This document shows, piece by piece, positions 49,435 to 59,885 of a DNA stretch of 64,000 nucleotides. The DNA is from an uncultured Chloroflexia bacterium (GTDB lineage Bacteria > Chloroflexota > Anaerolineae > Anaerolineales > UBA11858), in NCBI GenBank assembly GCA_963712165.1, contig CAVQGY010000003.1, forward strand, positions 434,684 to 498,683, written 5' to 3'. Under the pieces are notes generated by a model that was not told the DNA's origin, searched no databases, and saw only the letters and a program-made list of their open reading frames with translations. A program made the translations under genes and the position numbers. Every line of letters begins with the position of its first letter. Within the stretch, counting starts at the first letter, position 1.

Positions 49435-52314
49435 CTAAATATTGAGCCAGCGGCTGGCTGTAGAGGGCAAATCCTTCAAAAATCCCGTCTGAATAGTACA
49501 TCTGGGAAGCGAGCTTAGAAATAGGTCCCCGTAGGTTTTGCTTATTAATCTTTTATCGAAGATCGCCACAACACCCAGGTCCTGTTTGGTCCGGATCAAT
49601 CGCCCAAAACCCTGCCTAAAACTGAGGATCGCTTCAGGAAGCATATAGTTTTGGAAAGAATCCGGGTAGGTTTCTGCCCGGGCAGAAACGATGGGATCCG
49701 AAGGAACCTGAAAGGGTAATTTTGCGATTACGAGAACTGAGAGATCTGGCCCTGGTATATCTATGCCTTCCCAGAATGCTCTCGTGCCCAATAATACTGC
49801 CTGTTCAGCCATACGAAAACTGTTCAGCAATGTGTGGGGTGAGGGTCCGCTGCCTTGTTCATAGACGATAATGCCCTCCTGGGCAAGAGGGCCGGTGATC
49901 GCTCGAGCAGTGCTCTGGAGCTGACCGTAGGACGTGAACAGAACCAGTGTTCTGCCTCCCGTTGCCTTGCAGAGAGAGATCAAACCCTTATTAAGGTATT
50001 GCTGATGGCCTTGAAGATCACCTGGTTCTGGAATATCTTCAACCAGATAAAGCAGTGCCGCGTTTTGATAATCGAATGGAGAGCCCAGGGACAGGGTTTC
50101 TGCGTCGTGGGCCTGGAGTCGATTCTGGATGAAATCGAAATTACCCGCAACAGTTAGTGTTGCGGAAGTCATGATCACCGCTCTTTTTTCAAACCAGATG
50201 TGGCTTTCCATCAATGCCCCGATATGGAGCGGCGCGGCCTGGATGGCGACTGCCGGGAATTGGGGATGGGATTCGATCCAATAGATCATATTTGGGTCCG
50301 GCTCAAAGACCAGGTTATCAATATTCTCGTACATCTCATAGAGTTCCCTGGATGCCTCCCTGAGGTCATTTAAAATGGCCTCGTACTTGGGTTGGCCATC
50401 ACGATCTCTGCCCAGGAGGTCATTGATAGATTCCCACAGTTTTTGGATGTCTTCAAGCAGCCCGTAAAGTGACTGCCTGGCTTGATCCCAGCTAGCCTCA
50501 AGCTCATCCCAGTCTGATCCTGAACGGAGGATCCCCCCAAAACTTTCCGGGGAGTTAGGAGATTGAAAACGGAGCTGGATCGTATACTTGCTATTCCTTT
50601 TTGCTGCCAGGGACCGGTCCAGAAATCCTTGCAGGATCTGGAAGACCTCCTCCATTCGGCTCTTGACCTTAAAGGACCGCGATACCATGGATTGGATCAG
50701 CTGGTTCAAGGACCCACTATCGGAGGGCGTCAGATTATCCTTCCCGAGGGACAGAACCCAGCTTAGGATGCCGTTATTTTCATCACCGAGGGTATTCAAA
50801 GACCTGCGAAGCAGGGATTGTGAAGTGTAAAAACTTAAAGCGTTAGTGGTTGCGCTTTCCAAATGATGTGCTTCATCGATCACCAGGGTGTCATATTCGG
50901 GTAGAACCCTGTTACCGGTGGCAACATCTGCCAGCAATAAGGCATGATTGACCACAATAATATGTGAGGAATGAGCTCGTTGACGCGCCTGATAAAATGG
51001 ACACCTGCCTCCGGTCCTTTTCAAGCATCCTTCCGTTGAGCAGTCTTCATGATCTGCGGATATCCTGTTCCAGACTCTTCTCTCATTTTGACCGTTGAGA
51101 TTGATCTCACCTCGATCACCGCTGAGGCTGGATTCCAACCAGACCAGGATCTTGCCAATCACCCTCATTTCATCGACATTTTTAGGTTTGCTTTTTCTGA
51201 GAGTTTCCAGGTGGTGGGGGCAGAGATAATTCGATCGGCCTTTCAAAACCGCTGCCTTGCAGTCAAGTTCTAAAGTATTTAGTAATAAGGGGATGTCCTT
51301 GCTTATCAGTTGGTCCTGAAGGTTGATGGTATTGGTTGAGATCACAACCCTGTGCTGGTTGATGGAAGACCAGATCGCGGCAGGGATCAAATACGCCAGT
51401 GATTTCCCAATCCCAGTGCCGGCTTCGATCAGGTAATGTCTGCCTTCGGATATGGCCCTGGTAGCAGCACGGAGCATCTCGAGTTGTTCTGAGCGGTTTT
51501 CGTAATCCGGGAAGGATTTATGAAACGGCCCGCCAGGCTCCAGGACAGCGGAAACTTCTTCGAGATCAAGTCCTTGAACCTTTTCTTTAGGCTCCAGTGG
51601 GTCAAATTCGGTGGGAGGTGGCTGTGAAAGGATAGGATTTTGATATTGTTCAATGTCCAAATCCTTCTGCCCTTTTTTCCGCTCCTCTAGGGCCCATTGG
51701 AATGGTATAAAACCTTTCCATTTCAAGTCTTCAGAAAGGCGCACGATTTCTGCCAGTGTGCTGAGTGGAAGTTGGGTGATCTTCTCGTACATGATCTTGA
51801 AAATGGCCAGCGTTACCGCGGCATCATCCAGGGCGCGATGTGTGGCGCGTTTTGGCACCCCCAGTACCTGTCCCAGGGCACGTAGATTATAGCGGCCTTC
51901 TCCCGGGAGTATCACAGATGCCATTTCGTAGGTATCCAGGGATGGATTATCCTCAAAAGCCCCTTGTTGATTGAGAAAGGAAAGATCGAAACCCACATTA
52001 TGGCCAACGATAGGTAGATCTTCTATCCTGAGGGAAGTGCCAGCCTGGCCAAGTTCCTTGTGAAGGAAATTGGTCAGCTTTTTGATTGCATCATCAATTG
52101 GCAGAGCTTTATCGGATTGAACCATTTCCCGGGTAATGCCAGTAAGCTCGGTGATGAAGCGAGGAATCGGTATGCCCGGGTTTACGAGCTGTGAATACTC
52201 CGCCTGTTTCCCCTTATCTGTGTGAAGCACTGCCCCGATTTCAATGATCCTGTCAGATTTTGGGTCAAGGCCGGTGGTTTCAAGGTCCAGCACTAAGAGA
52301 GTCTTATCAATCAT
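49435..52314 (-). CDS. dinG: DinG-family ATP-dependent helicase fused to N-terminal DnaQ-like 3'-5' exonuclease
   Basis: Exo I LVLDLETTGLDP and Exo III HRALDDA. Helicase motif I EAGTGIGKS, DEAH box VIDEAHHL, and Cys residues for the Fe-S domain. Confidence 0.9.
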   Translation of the reverse strand: MIDKTLLVLDLETTGLDPKSDRIIEIGAVLHTDKGKQAEYSQLVNPGIPIPRFITELTGITREMVQSDKALPIDDAIKKLTNFLHKELGQAGTSLRIEDLPIVGHNVGFDLSFLNQQGAFEDNPSLDTYEMASVILPGEGRYNLRALGQVLGVPKRATHRALDDAAVTLAIFKIMYEKITQLPLSTLAEIVRLSEDLKWKGFIPFQWALEERKKGQKDLDIEQYQNPILSQPPPTEFDPLEPKEKVQGLDLEEVSAVLEPGGPFHKSFPDYENRSEQLEMLRAATRAISEGRHYLIEAGTGIGKSLAYLIPAAIWSSINQHRVVISTNTINLQDQLISKDIPLLLNTLELDCKAAVLKGRSNYLCPHHLETLRKSKPKNVDEMRVIGKILVWLESSLSGDRGEINLNGQNERRVWNRISADHEDCSTEGCLKRTGGRCPFYQARQRAHSSHIIVVNHALLLADVATGNRVLPEYDTLVIDEAHHLESATTNALSFYTSQSLLRRSLNTLGDENNGILSWVLSLGKDNLTPSDSGSLNQLIQSMVSRSFKVKSRMEEVFQILQGFLDRSLAAKRNSKYTIQLRFQSPNSPESFGGILRSGSDWDELEASWDQARQSLYGLLEDIQKLWESINDLLGRDRDGQPKYEAILNDLREASRELYEMYENIDNLVFEPDPNMIYWIESHPQFPAVAIQAAPLHIGALMESHIWFEKRAVIMTSATLTVAGNFDFIQNRLQAHDAETLSLGSPFDYQNAALLYLVEDIPEPGDLQGHQQYLNKGLISLCKATGGRTLVLFTSYGQLQSTARAITGPLAQEGIIVYEQGSGPSPHTLLNSFRMAEQAVLLGTRAFWEGIDIPGPDLSVLVIAKLPFQVPSDPIVSARAETYPDSFQNYMLPEAILSFRQGFGRLIRTKQDLGVVAIFDKRLISKTYGDLFLSSLPRCTIQTGFLKDLPSTASRWLNI

Positions 52315-52390
52315 AAAGTTACCTTTGGCAGAGCTTTATTAAGTCCTGCAGGATGAAAAAGCGAGTATTCAGAAAACGAATTGACCGGCG

Positions 52391-53752
52391 TCAGGATTGC
52401 CCGAAAGCCTGTAAGATCCTCGCGATATGTTTTGCGCCTTTAAGATAGAGATCGATCCGGATGTTTTCATCCGGGGCATGAGCGTTTCCACCAGGGTGGC
52501 CGATTCCCGTAGTGACCACTGGAAGTTTCAAAGTATGGACGAAAGCATAACTGGGACCAGAACCGCCAACCATCGGGACCAGCTGCATTTTTTCTCCAAA
52601 TGCGCCTTCCGATACATTGACTACGAGTTCTACAAAAGGATCATCTGGGTTTGTACGGGCGGCAGGTCCCCCTCCCAGATATTCAATATGGATGTCTGGA
52701 TAGCCCTCATGGTCCAGGTGTTCACGCAGCTGTTTAAGGACCTGGGATGGAGTTTGGCCAAGGGCAAGGCGAAAATCGACTTTAGCGGATGCCCTGGCGG
52801 GCAGGACCGTTTTTGACCCCGGGCCCTGGTAGCCAGATGTGAGTCCACAAATTGTGCAGGTAGGTTCATATACTGCAGCAACCCTTAAAGCTGTTTCATC
52901 CGGGAAGTCCTTTAAGAAATCCTTTATTCCATACCTGTCCTTGTATTCCTGGCTCACAGGGGGAAGGGCTGCAAGCAGATCGATTTCCCTAGCTGAGGGG
53001 TGGATGATTGGGTCGTAAAAACCAGGTAGGCGGATCTGCTCATCCTGGTCCTTTAATGTGTTCAAAGCCCAGACCAATCGCCAAGCGGCGTTGGGAAAAA
53101 TCGAGCCACCTAGCCCGGAGTGAACATCCATATCTGCGGTATCCACAGATAGTTCAACATAACAAATACCGCGCAGGCCAAGGTACTGCATGGGTGTATC
53201 GCGGTGATCAACTCCTCCAAACTCCCAGATGCAGGCATCTGCCTGGAGCAGCTCCTGGTGAGACTCCACGAAATCTGGCAGGTGAACGCTTCCGATCTCT
53301 TCTTCACCCTCGATGATAAATTTGATATTACATGGCAGCTCACCAAGCTCATAGAGCAGAGAGTCTAGTGCAAATAGCCTGCTAACGATGTGGCCTTTAT
53401 CGTCACTGATCCCCCGTCCAAACAGTTTGCCATCACGTTCTTCTGGTTGAAAAGGAGGTGAAGTCCAAAGCTCTAGAGGTTCTGCCGGCTGGACATCATA
53501 ATGATTGTAGATCAGGATGGTTTTATCGTTGGTCCCAGCTCTCTCCCCGAACACGACCGGATGGCCGCCTGTTTCCAGGATCCGTGCTGTAAACCCCCGT
53601 TTTTTAAGCATGGCCTCTACCATCAGGGCGGTCTCTCTCATTCCCAGGTTTTGAGCGGCGACACTGGGCTGGGCACAAAGCTCTTTTAATTCTTCAAGGC
53701 TGTTGGACAGGTTCTGTTCCAAGTAACGATCAATGGCGGAAAAGTCAAACAT
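52391..53752 (-). CDS. M20-family metallopeptidase/dipeptidase
   Basis: YNHYDVQPAEPLELWTSPPF, GRGISDDKG and FIIEGEEEIGS metal-ligand contexts. Confidence 0.85.
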   Translation of the reverse strand: MFDFSAIDRYLEQNLSNSLEELKELCAQPSVAAQNLGMRETALMVEAMLKKRGFTARILETGGHPVVFGERAGTNDKTILIYNHYDVQPAEPLELWTSPPFQPEERDGKLFGRGISDDKGHIVSRLFALDSLLYELGELPCNIKFIIEGEEEIGSVHLPDFVESHQELLQADACIWEFGGVDHRDTPMQYLGLRGICYVELSVDTADMDVHSGLGGSIFPNAAWRLVWALNTLKDQDEQIRLPGFYDPIIHPSAREIDLLAALPPVSQEYKDRYGIKDFLKDFPDETALRVAAVYEPTCTICGLTSGYQGPGSKTVLPARASAKVDFRLALGQTPSQVLKQLREHLDHEGYPDIHIEYLGGGPAARTNPDDPFVELVVNVSEGAFGEKMQLVPMVGGSGPSYAFVHTLKLPVVTTGIGHPGGNAHAPDENIRIDLYLKGAKHIARILQAFGQS

Positions 53753-53755
53753 AGA

Positions 53756-54385
53756 TTACTCCTGGAGCATAGATTCTATCCTGGCGACAATCAGATCAAG
53801 AGCTACGCGGTTGTAGCCGCCTTCAGGAATGATCACACTGGCATATCGCTTGGATGGCTCTACGAACTCCAGGTGCATGGGTCGGACCGTATCAAGATAT
53901 TGTTCAATCACATTCTCAGTTGTTCGGCCCCGTTCTTCGATATCCCTGCGCAAACGGCGGATGAAGCGGATATCCGCATCAGTGTCAACATAGATCTTGA
54001 GATCAAATAGCTTCCTTAATTCTGGCTCAGCAAAGAGCAATATGCCCTCAACGATCAAGATCTGCTGAGGCTCGACCAGGGTTGTTTCTGATGTTCTGGT
54101 GTGGGTTTTGAAATCGTAGTGGGGAAGCTCGATCGAATTCCCCGCTTTGAGTTGATTAATATGCTCGATCAAAAGCTCCGTTTCCAGTGATGAGGGGTGA
54201 TCGAAATTCACCCTGGCCCGTTCCTCTTGAGATAGATGGTGCAGTTCAAGGTAGTACGCATCGTGAGGGAGGAAGGCAATCTTTTCAGGACCGACCGTTT
54301 CCAGGATATAGTCTGCAATCGTAGTCTTTCCGGAGCCCGTTCCTCCGGCAATACCAATTACTAGAGAAGTGATATGTTTGGTCAT
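53756..54385 (-). CDS. udk: Uridine kinase
   Basis: MTKHITSLVIGIAGGTGSGKTT P-loop and a DHPSSLE-type motif. Start moved from 54448. Confidence 0.9.
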   Translation of the reverse strand: MTKHITSLVIGIAGGTGSGKTTIADYILETVGPEKIAFLPHDAYYLELHHLSQEERARVNFDHPSSLETELLIEHINQLKAGNSIELPHYDFKTHTRTSETTLVEPQQILIVEGILLFAEPELRKLFDLKIYVDTDADIRFIRRLRRDIEERGRTTENVIEQYLDTVRPMHLEFVEPSKRYASVIIPEGGYNRVALDLIVARIESMLQE

Positions 54386-54541
54386 GGTGATCGTATTATA
54401 CTTGAACGCTGCTAGGTTCAGTTTAGCAATTGAGCTGTAAGGAATCAATCCCCTGATCAGGTTTCTTCAAAGGCGATCTATGAAACAATAATCAGATTTG
54501 AACGTATATTTGATAGGATTCATTTAAGGAGAGATAAAAAA

Positions 54542-54853
54542 ATGAAGAAGAACCTGCTAATGCTTGTGTTGATCGTGATTCCTTTGCTGCTAGCAGCATG
54601 CACTGCTGGCCCCAATGAACTCAGAAATACACCCGATGAAGATGGAGAGGTGGCTGGTTTTTGGAAGGGAATCTGGCATGGGATGATTTCCCCGATCACA
54701 TTCATCTTGTCTTTATTCTCCAAGAATATTTATGTATTCGAGGTCCATAATAATGGTGGTTGGTACACCTTTGGATTTCTGCTAGGTGCTTCAGCGACCT
54801 TTGGAGGTTCTGGCGGCGGTGCAGCCTGCCGGGGAAGAAGAAAGGATAAATAA
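54542..54853 (+). CDS. Small hypothetical lipoprotein/membrane protein
   Basis: Lipobox LLLAAC, two further hydrophobic segments and a Gly-rich tail. AAGGAGAG lies 8 nt upstream of the ATG. Confidence 0.55.
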   Translation: MKKNLLMLVLIVIPLLLAACTAGPNELRNTPDEDGEVAGFWKGIWHGMISPITFILSLFSKNIYVFEVHNNGGWYTFGFLLGASATFGGSGGGAACRGRRKDK

Positions 54854-54866
54854 GCCTGGATAAAGC

Positions 54867-55727
54867 TCAGTTTTCTACCCGAAGGGGCGCCTCCGGCGGC
54901 TCTTCGGCCTTTTCTCCCAGAATCTGGCTCTTTTGGTATGCAGCCCAGACAGCTTTGGATAGGATCGTGCGCATACCGCCTTTTTCCAACTGGTAGATGG
55001 CTTCCGCGCTTGTTCCGCCAGGGGATGTGACCATATTGCGCAATTCAGCTAAGTGCAGCTCGGATTGCTGGGCAAATTCTACGGATCCCTTGAGCGTCTC
55101 CAGAACGATCAGGCGGGCATCACGGCGAGAAAAACCCAGGTGGACCGCGGCATCGATCAGGGCTTCAGCCAGTAAAAAAACATAAGTCGGTCCGGTACCG
55201 CTTACGGCGGTTGCCATATTGAGGGCGTCTTCCTTCTCCATGTAGAGCTGTTTGCCCATCGCCTCCAGGATCGTTTTGGCTTCTTCCCGCTGGGTTTCAG
55301 TCACCGCGACCGAATCTGTCCAGACGGTCATCCCCGCACTGATCTGGGCAGGTGTGTTGGGCATGGACCGGATAACTGATTTGTGAGAGAGGCCTTTTTG
55401 GATGGTAGAGATTGGCATCCCCGCAACGATTGAAAATACCAGGCTTCCGGCTGGTATTTTTCCTTTCAGGTCCGAGAACACATCCGGCAAGACCTGGGGT
55501 TTAACTGCCAGGATCACGATATCCGCACCCACCACGGCCTGCTGGTTTTCTCCAGTGACCTTTACTCCGTATTTGGTCCTTACTAAATCTCTCTGTTCCG
55601 GATAGGGGTCCGCGGCAGTGATCTGCTCAGGTGAAACTTCATTCTTTCGAAGCAAGGCACCGATCATTGCGCCTGCCATATTTCCGCTGCCTATCAAAGC
55701 GATTTGTTTGTTTTCCAGATGTTTCAT
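54867..55727 (-). CDS. proC: Pyrroline-5-carboxylate reductase
   Basis: IALIGSGNMAGAMI Rossmann motif and C-terminal SPGGTSAEAI. AGGAGGAAAGC precedes ATG 55727. Confidence 0.9.
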   Translation of the reverse strand: MKHLENKQIALIGSGNMAGAMIGALLRKNEVSPEQITAADPYPEQRDLVRTKYGVKVTGENQQAVVGADIVILAVKPQVLPDVFSDLKGKIPAGSLVFSIVAGMPISTIQKGLSHKSVIRSMPNTPAQISAGMTVWTDSVAVTETQREEAKTILEAMGKQLYMEKEDALNMATAVSGTGPTYVFLLAEALIDAAVHLGFSRRDARLIVLETLKGSVEFAQQSELHLAELRNMVTSPGGTSAEAIYQLEKGGMRTILSKAVWAAYQKSQILGEKAEEPPEAPLRVEN

Positions 55728-55811
55728 GCTTTCCTCCTGCCGTCGTTTCCTGCTTATTGAGTTACCTGCCTGCAATGCTGGAATTGTACCATTCTGGGTT
55801 GTGTGCCTGAT

Positions 55812-56609
55812 TTACCTGTCAGGCCTGTTTTGTTCCTGGTTCATATAATTCTGATCGGCTAAATAAGCCAAAAGGCGTGACGAGATTTCCTGCTGACTGG
55901 AGCGGGTATATTTGACACGTGTATAGAGTTGGGCCAGGTTCTCAATGGAGTTGGCTTCTGCCTGGTTTTTGAGCCAGGAGGATTTCATATATCGCTCCCA
56001 ACCCTTGATCTCTCTCTCTGAATAGATCGACTTTATTTCCTGGTCGGTATAGTCATGATAGGTTTCCTTATGAACGAGTCCCCGGGTAGGCAGTCGATCC
56101 CGAAGATCAGGGTTTTCATCCGGATAACCCAGTGAATAGCCAACCACAGGAACGACGTTCTCTGGAAGCTCTAGTATCTCACCAATAAGGTCAGCGTTGG
56201 CGAAAGTACTTCCCAGGTAGCAGAGGCCAAGGCCCCGCGACTCTGCGGCCAGCGCGACGGTTTGCGAGACAAGGATCGCGTCCATTGCAGCAACCATAAA
56301 GCTAAAAAAGTTATCGAAACCATCAGGTGCGTTGCTGAGGTCTAGCCACAACCGCATACGGTGAAAATCAGCACAGAAGGTCATCAGAACCGGCGCTTCG
56401 ACTACCATGGACTGTTCTAGGTGAGGTTTGAGGAGCTTCGCGCGAAGGTCCGCATCCTGGGTGGTGATGATCGAATAGGCTTGCATATTCCCGGAAGATG
56501 GGCTTCGAATTCCGGCTTCAAGGATTTCTTCCAGCAGCGCTTCCGGGATCGGATCTGGTTTATATTTCCGGATCGAGCGATGTTGATGGATTTGTTCAAT
56601 GACTGGCAT
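55812..56609 (-). CDS. Nitroreductase-family (FMN) oxidoreductase with C-terminal extension
   Basis: MPVIEQIHQHRSIRKYKPDPIP N-terminus typical of the family. GGAGGAAAGTAC precedes ATG 56609. Confidence 0.8.
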   Translation of the reverse strand: MPVIEQIHQHRSIRKYKPDPIPEALLEEILEAGIRSPSSGNMQAYSIITTQDADLRAKLLKPHLEQSMVVEAPVLMTFCADFHRMRLWLDLSNAPDGFDNFFSFMVAAMDAILVSQTVALAAESRGLGLCYLGSTFANADLIGEILELPENVVPVVGYSLGYPDENPDLRDRLPTRGLVHKETYHDYTDQEIKSIYSEREIKGWERYMKSSWLKNQAEANSIENLAQLYTRVKYTRSSQQEISSRLLAYLADQNYMNQEQNRPDR

Positions 56610-56815
56610 GTACTTTCCTCCAGGATGATCTTCCTTAATAAAAATCAGTATACGATATTTAGACTGGTTGTGTTCTCCAATTCTGAAGCGAAAAAAAATA
56701 GGGTTCAAGGTGTTTGGCCTTAAGCAAACCCCATTCCATTTGACATTGGTTAGAGGATAGGACGTTGATTAGAATATTGAAACCCTGGAGAGTATAGTGC
56801 CTGAATTGCCCGGGA

Positions 56816-57658
56816 CTAGTTTTCTTCGTAGAAATTCTCTCCGTAAACAGCAGGGACCCACTTTTGGCTGGTGATGGGAGGGCGCTTGTAGCCAGGGTCA
56901 ACTTGAGTGGGAGGTAGTTCAACTGGCTCGGGGGAGAGATCCTCGTAATCTATCAAGCCGAGTAGGTGTGTGATGCAATTCAACCTGGCGTGGCGTTTTA
57001 TCGTGGCGTCGACCACATACCAGGGCGCTTTATCCGAATCTGTATACATGAACATGGCATCCTTCGCCCGGGAATACTCTACCCATTTTGTGCGTGATTC
57101 CATATCCATAGGAGAGAGTTTCCAGCGGCGTGAGGGGTCCGTATTTCGGGTCCGGAATCGCTTTTCCTGTTCTTCGGCACTTACCGAGAACCAATATTTG
57201 ATAAGTATGATTCCAGAGCGGATCAACATGCGTTCAAACTCCGGACAGGTGCGTAAAAACTCGCGGTATTCATCATCAGTACAGAAACCCATCACACGCT
57301 CCACACCTGCGCGGTTGTACCAGCTGCGATCGAATAGAACCATTTCTCCGGCGGAAGGTAGGTGGGGGATATAGCGCTGAAAATACCACTGCTGCTTTTC
57401 CCTGTCCGATGGGGTTCCCAGTGCAACAACGCGAACAATGCGGGGATTAAGGCGCTGAGTGATCCTTTTTATCACGCCACCTTTGCCAGCGGCATCCCGG
57501 CCTTCAAAGATCACACAAACCTTCAAGCCTTTTTCCTTGATCCAGTACTGGAGTTTCACCAATTCCTCTTGGAGGTGGGCCAGTTCCCGATTATAGTGGG
57601 AAGCCTTTAGCCTGCCTGAGGCGCTATATTCAAGGGTGACTTGATCTTCTGACATCAC
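56816..57658 (-). CDS. ppk2: Polyphosphate kinase 2 family protein
   Basis: VIFEGRDAAGKGG Walker A, and WYFQRYIPHLPSAGEMVLFDRSWYNRAGVERVMGF. Confidence 0.9.
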   Translation of the reverse strand: MMSEDQVTLEYSASGRLKASHYNRELAHLQEELVKLQYWIKEKGLKVCVIFEGRDAAGKGGVIKRITQRLNPRIVRVVALGTPSDREKQQWYFQRYIPHLPSAGEMVLFDRSWYNRAGVERVMGFCTDDEYREFLRTCPEFERMLIRSGIILIKYWFSVSAEEQEKRFRTRNTDPSRRWKLSPMDMESRTKWVEYSRAKDAMFMYTDSDKAPWYVVDATIKRHARLNCITHLLGLIDYEDLSPEPVELPPTQVDPGYKRPPITSQKWVPAVYGENFYEEN

Positions 57659-57705
57659 CTGCTCCTTTGATCCGGAATTATCGCTGTGAAATGTCCGTTC
57701 TCATT

Positions 57706-57734
57706 ACTATATCCAAATCGAATTTTTCCGTCAA
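57706..57734 (-). promoter_or_regulatory. Sigma-70-type promoter for ppk2 (TTGACG-17 nt-TATAGT on minus strand)
   Basis: -35 at 57729..57734 and -10 at 57706..57711, read on the minus strand. Confidence 0.55.
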
Positions 57735-57797
57735 CTGTTTTGGTTAGGTTTACACGGGAATTGGAGGCTTAGTTGAGAAAATCATCTAAATAAAGAG

Positions 57798-57869
57798 AGC
57801 CACCGATGGGAGTCGAACCCATAACCTATCGCTTACGAAGCGATTGCTCTACCCTTGAGCTACGGTGGC
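57798..57869 (-). tRNA. tRNA-Thr (anticodon CGU), 72 nt, no encoded CCA
   Basis: Manual cloverleaf: acceptor GCCACCG/CGGTGGC, D arm GCTC-AAGGGTA-GAGC, anticodon arm ATCGC-TTCGTAA-GCGAT, T arm ATGGG-TTCGACT-CCCAT. TGGTATAAT extended -10 on the minus strand at 57896..57904. Confidence 0.9.
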
Positions 57870-57974
57870 GGAAAAGCTGTTGGTTGACGGGTGGAATTAT
57901 ACCAGCTATCATACGGGAGTGACAGGTGGCTGATGCCTGGTCCAGCACTATTTCACTATCTTAAGGAGTACGAT

Positions 57975-59225
57975 TTGCGCATAGCTGTTCTATCCTATCA
58001 CACCTGTCCTTTGGCCACGCTGGGGGGAAAAGATGCCGGCGGGATGAATGTTTACGTTCGTGATCTGGCTTTATTTCTTGGTCGGGAAGGCGTTCAATTG
58101 GATGTATTCACTCGATCCCAGGATGAGCACGTTCCGCATGTTCTGCATGACCTCGGGTATGGAAACCGAGTGGCGCATATACCTGCCGGACCTGAATACC
58201 CCTTGCCGAAGGAACAATTGATAGAACATATTCAGGAGTTCGTGGACAGGATCCAGGCTTTTTCCAAAACCAAGGATCTGAAATACGATCTGATACACAG
58301 TCATTACTGGATGTCAGGATTGGCAGCAGAAAAGCTCTCTGCAATCTGGAACGTACCAGTGATCCAGATGTTCCATACTTTAGGGAAATTGAAACAGGCG
58401 GTTGCCCAGAATGCTGAAGAGGCAGAAGGTGATTACCGGATAAAAGGAGAGTCCCGGGTCATCGAGAATGTTGATGTGATTATCGCGTCGACTTCCACGG
58501 AGAAAGAGCAGCTAGTAACCCTTTATGAGGCTCCGGCTCAAAAGATCGAAATCATCCCACCGGGTGTGGACTTAAGTCATTTCTATCCAATACCGCCCGA
58601 TGAAGCCAAGGAATTTGTAGGAGTTCCCCTGGAAAAAAAGATGCTCCTGTTTGTGGGCCGGATCGAGCCGCTGAAGGGCATCAAAACCCTGTTGCGGGCA
58701 ATCGGGATCCTGCGAGCGAACGGAGAATCCGAAGATGACCTGTGCCTGGCTGTAATTGGTGGTGAGTTGGAGGATGAGAATGGTGAAGAAACAGAAGAAG
58801 TCAAGCTGCTCATGAAGCTTCGGGATGAGTACGGGCTGCAGGATATGGTCACTTTCCTTGGGAAACAAAACCAGGATTCACTGCCATATTACTATTCAGC
58901 AGCAGAGATGGTTATCATGCCCTCTCATTATGAATCCTTTGGAATGGTGGCATTGGAATCTATGGCTTGCGGCACTCCGGTGATCGCTTCCATGGTTGGC
59001 GGTCTTATCCATCTCGTTGAAGATGGCGTAACGGGATACCATGTCCCGGTTGAAGACCCCCGGGCCCTCAGTTCGAGAATTGCGAGTTTGATAAAGGATA
59101 AAGCGCTGAGATATCGGATGGGCCATGATGCTTTTGCGTTCGCCAAGAACTATAACTGGGAGAATATTTCGACCCGAATGATCCAGCTTTATTCAGCAAC
59201 CATCGATGGCAGTTTTCCCCCCTGA
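57975..59225 (+). CDS. GT4-family glycosyltransferase (MshA / sucrose-phosphate-synthase-like)
   Basis: RIAVLSYHTCPLATLGGKDAGGMNVYVRDLA N-terminus and the C-terminal EX7E region (PSHYESFGMVALESMACGTP). TTG 57975 has AAGGAG 6 nt upstream; the ORF-track start 57891 overlaps the tRNA promoter. Confidence 0.8.
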   Translation: MRIAVLSYHTCPLATLGGKDAGGMNVYVRDLALFLGREGVQLDVFTRSQDEHVPHVLHDLGYGNRVAHIPAGPEYPLPKEQLIEHIQEFVDRIQAFSKTKDLKYDLIHSHYWMSGLAAEKLSAIWNVPVIQMFHTLGKLKQAVAQNAEEAEGDYRIKGESRVIENVDVIIASTSTEKEQLVTLYEAPAQKIEIIPPGVDLSHFYPIPPDEAKEFVGVPLEKKMLLFVGRIEPLKGIKTLLRAIGILRANGESEDDLCLAVIGGELEDENGEETEEVKLLMKLRDEYGLQDMVTFLGKQNQDSLPYYYSAAEMVIMPSHYESFGMVALESMACGTPVIASMVGGLIHLVEDGVTGYHVPVEDPRALSSRIASLIKDKALRYRMGHDAFAFAKNYNWENISTRMIQLYSATIDGSFPP

Positions 59226-59234
59226 GCTAACCTA

Positions 59235-59885
59235 TTATTCCTGGTCTGGTACCAAACCATATCGAATTGCCAGGATAGCAGCTTGCGTCCTGTCCGCGAC
59301 CCCAAGTTTTTTAAGCAGCACACTGGTATAGTTCCTGACTGTACCTTCTGCCAAAAATAATTTTTCTGAGATCTCTGTATTCGATAATCCCTGGGAGAGT
59401 AAGGTTAAGATATCCCTTTCACGCTCCGTGAAGGTGTAATGAGTTGGCGGTTGTGATCTGCCAAAATTTTCAGCATATTCGGAGAGCAGTTTTCCTGCTA
59501 CCTGGGGATCTATGAAGGATTTCCCCTGCAGTGTGCCTTTGATGGACTTGATCAAATCACCAGGTGGTGTGTCTTTTAATAAATAACCCGCCGCACCGCT
59601 GCGAATTGCGTCAAAGATCCATTCATCATCATCGTAGGTGGTCAATATCAGGACATAGATGTCCGGGTAGGAGCTGGTGATCTTGCAGGTTGCCTGAACG
59701 CCGTTCATTTCAGGCATCTTAAGATCCATCAGTACCAGGTCAGGATGAGTATCAGGGATCAAATCCAGGGCCTGGGCACCATCATATGCGATACCGACTA
59801 CTTCAAGGTCGGGATCAGCATTGATGATGGTTTGCAGGCCTTCGCAAACGATCTTCTGGTCATCACAGATCAAGATTCTGTACAT
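59235..59885 (-). CDS. NarL/LuxR-family response regulator
   Basis: Receiver with DLVLMDLKMPEMNG and a C-terminal LuxR HTH (LSNTEISEKLFLAEGTVRNYTSVLLKKLG). Confidence 0.9.
   Translation of the reverse strand: MYRILICDDQKIVCEGLQTIINADPDLEVVGIAYDGAQALDLIPDTHPDLVLMDLKMPEMNGVQATCKITSSYPDIYVLILTTYDDDEWIFDAIRSGAAGYLLKDTPPGDLIKSIKGTLQGKSFIDPQVAGKLLSEYAENFGRSQPPTHYTFTERERDILTLLSQGLSNTEISEKLFLAEGTVRNYTSVLLKKLGVADRTQAAILAIRYGLVPDQE

Noticed and set aside
57685-57703. Possible Rex operator (TGTGAA...TTCTCA) in the ppk2 leader. I also scanned upstream of the atp genes, rex itself and the ACD gene for TTGTGAA-N-TTCACAA-like boxes.
   Set aside because: The half-site spacing is wrong (9 nt between TGTGA and TCTCA instead of about 6) and one half-site is mismatched. 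No convincing Rex box was found elsewhere by eye.
57798-57904. tRNA-Thr considered as a possible integration hotspot or genomic-island boundary.
   Set aside because: Flanking genes are ppk2 and a GT4 glycosyltransferase. There is no integrase, and I saw no duplicated copy of the tRNA 3' end nearby. The sequence upstream is simply its own extended -10 promoter.
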